Positions 62,126 through 64,000 of a stretch of DNA of 64,000 bases are shown in pieces. A program made the position numbers and the translations under genes. Source of the stretch: Gemmatimonadota bacterium (GTDB taxonomy: Bacteria > JBHIER01 > G020348925); NCBI GenBank assembly GCA_020348925.1, contig CP070758.1, positions 3,735,688 through 3,799,687 on the forward strand, read 5' to 3'. Position 1 is the first letter of the stretch. Each line of letters opens with the position of its first letter. The notes under the pieces were generated by a model. It saw only the letters and a list, made by a program, of their open reading frames with translations. It made no database searches and was not told the origin of the DNA.

Positions 62126-63682
62126 ATGTTCCATTTTCCAAAAATATGCATTATTGCTCTCTTCAGTTTCATTCTCCTGTGTTCCTGTTCCTCGAAAAGA
62201 AACCCTGTCGTTCTTCGTTTTGGTGTTTCAAGTGCTCCATCATCGTTGGATCCGGCAGAGACGGAGGACTTCGTGGCAAGCAAAATATTGGCCAATATGT
62301 TCGATACCTTGGTCAACTATGAGAGGGGTAAGTTTTTCAAGAGGTCAGCCTTAGCCGAATCACTCAGGGTAAATTCTGAAGGAACGATATGGACTTTCTA
62401 TCTGCGTCGGGGCATCACTTTTCACGACGGAACCTCTTTCAATGCTGAAGCCGTGAAAATATCCTTCGACAGGCAAATGAATCCGGAGACCGATTTCTAC
62501 CTCACTGAAAAAAATGTGTATGGAGGCTCGACCTTGAGTATGATCGAACGCATCGACATACTCGACGAGTTCACAGTCCGTTTTCAACTGCACTATCCAT
62601 ATGCTCCTTTTTACCATACGCTGGCCAATTGTTTCGGAGCCTCTATCATCAGCCCATCCGCTCTGAGAAAATTTGGCCCTGAATTCGGGAAACACCCCGT
62701 GGGGACAGGCCCTTTTCGCTTGGCCAGCTGGAAAGAGGGAAAATCGATCACCCTGGTGGCACATGAAACCTATTGGGGAGGTCCGCCAAAGATCGACAGA
62801 GTAGAATTTGTCATAGTCCCTCAATCCATTGACAGAGTGGAGAAGATGCTTGATGGTTCCTTAGACATCATTGAGGATGTCGGAGCGACTTTGATCGATA
62901 AGCTCTATCTAAAACAGGATGTCGAACTAATCTACAGTGAAGATCTCGGGGTGCATGTGCTTGGTTTCAACTGTCAACAAAAACCTTTCAACGATCCAAG
63001 AGTGCGGAAAGCCGTTGCTCTGGCTTTTGATAAAGAGAAATTTGTGCATACGATGCTTCGAGGAAAAGGTCTGGTCGCCTCCAGCCCCCTACCCCCAGCC
63101 CTGGGGACATTTTCTTCGCTATCAGAACAGTTGCCGTATGATCCTGTCGCCGCTCAAAAGCTTTTGGCCCAAGCAGGATATACTCGAGGGTTCTCTGTTG
63201 ACCTGTGGTGTTACTGCATATCGGAACGGGCAGGCGTCCTCCCCTTAGCAATCAAAAAAAATCTTAAAAAGATAGACATCCAGGTCAACATAAAGTATTA
63301 TGAAGATTGGGATGAGTATAATAGAGGCGTTATGAGAGGAGAAGCATCCCTCTTCGTAGACGGATGGAGAGGCAACATAGTAGATCCCGACGGCTTTCTG
63401 TACCCCATTTTCCATTCCCGGGCAAGGAAGAGCGGAGGGAATTTGTTCCATTACTCGAACGCGAGTTTCGATCAATTATTAGAGGAGGCGCGTCGCACAA
63501 TGAATGAACCCACGCGCATGATGCTCTATGATGAGGCACTAAGAATTATTGTTTCGGATTTACCCTGTCTCTTTATCAGTTTCAGTAAAGAGACCTTTGC
63601 CCTTCGAAGTTGTATCGAAGGATTCTCTGTGAATCCTTTGGGTATTGTTCGATTGAATAATGTTGAATACGTACCCCTCTAA
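62126..63682 (+). CDS. Family 5 (DppA/OppA-like) substrate-binding lipoprotein
   Basis: Lipobox LLCSC; SLDPA, F.LR.G..FHDGT.FNAEAVK.SF.R, PVGTGPF, D.RVRKA. Confidence 0.93.
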   Translation: MFHFPKICIIALFSFILLCSCSSKRNPVVLRFGVSSAPSSLDPAETEDFVASKILANMFDTLVNYERGKFFKRSALAESLRVNSEGTIWTFYLRRGITFHDGTSFNAEAVKISFDRQMNPETDFYLTEKNVYGGSTLSMIERIDILDEFTVRFQLHYPYAPFYHTLANCFGASIISPSALRKFGPEFGKHPVGTGPFRLASWKEGKSITLVAHETYWGGPPKIDRVEFVIVPQSIDRVEKMLDGSLDIIEDVGATLIDKLYLKQDVELIYSEDLGVHVLGFNCQQKPFNDPRVRKAVALAFDKEKFVHTMLRGKGLVASSPLPPALGTFSSLSEQLPYDPVAAQKLLAQAGYTRGFSVDLWCYCISERAGVLPLAIKKNLKKIDIQVNIKYYEDWDEYNRGVMRGEASLFVDGWRGNIVDPDGFLYPIFHSRARKSGGNLFHYSNASFDQLLEEARRTMNEPTRMMLYDEALRIIVSDLPCLFISFSKETFALRSCIEGFSVNPLGIVRLNNVEYVPL

Positions 63683-63759
63683 CCTGTATCAGAAGGTGAC
63701 GCTTTGCGAATACTCCAGGAGATTACTTTGTAAGCACGCTCTGTAATCATGCTCTATCG

Positions 63760-64000
63760 ATGAAACTGCGCATCAAATTTCTGTTGTCAATCTCTCTCCT
63801 TATTCTCATGGTGATCGGTGTTATCGTCATCGTGGTCAATCATCTCGAGGAGCGGTCAATTCTCGAGGACAGGGAGATCAGTGCTTTCGATCTTGTCTAT
63901 GTCCTGGCTCACAGTAGTGTCCAAGCCATTGTGGCCGATGATTATTTGGTTCTGCAGGAAATTCTTGATAGCGTTCACAGCAAAAAAGATATCATACAGG
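63760..64000 (+). CDS. Partial membrane sensor (probable HAMP histidine kinase) N-terminus
   Basis: MKLRIKFLLSISLLILMVIGVIVIVV TM helix, then periplasmic 'LA.SS..AI..DDY..LQ.I'; runs off the window, so the kinase core is not visible. Confidence 0.6.
   Translation, partial: MKLRIKFLLSISLLILMVIGVIVIVVNHLEERSILEDREISAFDLVYVLAHSSVQAIVADDYLVLQEILDSVHSKKDIIQ

Noticed and set aside
1-64000. CRISPR arrays, tRNA/rRNA genes, integrases or transposases
   Set aside because: None recognised by eye; no regularly spaced repeats or mobile-element protein motifs were seen.

Overview
A bacterial window of about 50% GC, with three 100-N gaps (587-686, 9260-9359, 41178-41277) that appear to join unrelated fragments. 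The dockerin plus 'NYPNPFN' secretion-tail proteins and the mfd-PPIase-surA-pdxA block suggest an FCB-group candidate phylum such as KSB1 (inference). In order it contains: partial secreted proteins; an AT-rich c-di-GMP module (two GGDEF cyclases, two paralogous LeuA-regulatory-like proteins, a long structured leader); a housekeeping block (pdxA, S4 protein, three PPIases, mfd, site-2 protease); an MFS transporter; a PAS-sigma54 activator followed by a CxxS thioredoxin, APC-EIIA and APC-RCK transporters and a DHH phosphoesterase; an amino-acid/peptide epimerisation-like operon (PLP enzyme, DUF1611, PP-loop-creatininase fusion, dipeptide epimerase, kinase); partial glgP; a secreted LanC-like dockerin protein; an RND system with unusual insertions; and folP-gcvT-comB-thiE. 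The best candidate for an undescribed system is at the right end: a sigma54 promoter with upstream activator-like sites, a REC protein, a B12-radical SAM enzyme, an unannotated 30-aa peptide ORF with a strong RBS and terminator, an orphan family-5 peptide-binding lipoprotein and the start of a membrane sensor. This could be a RiPP/peptide-signalling circuit. All calls come from motif reading, not database searches.
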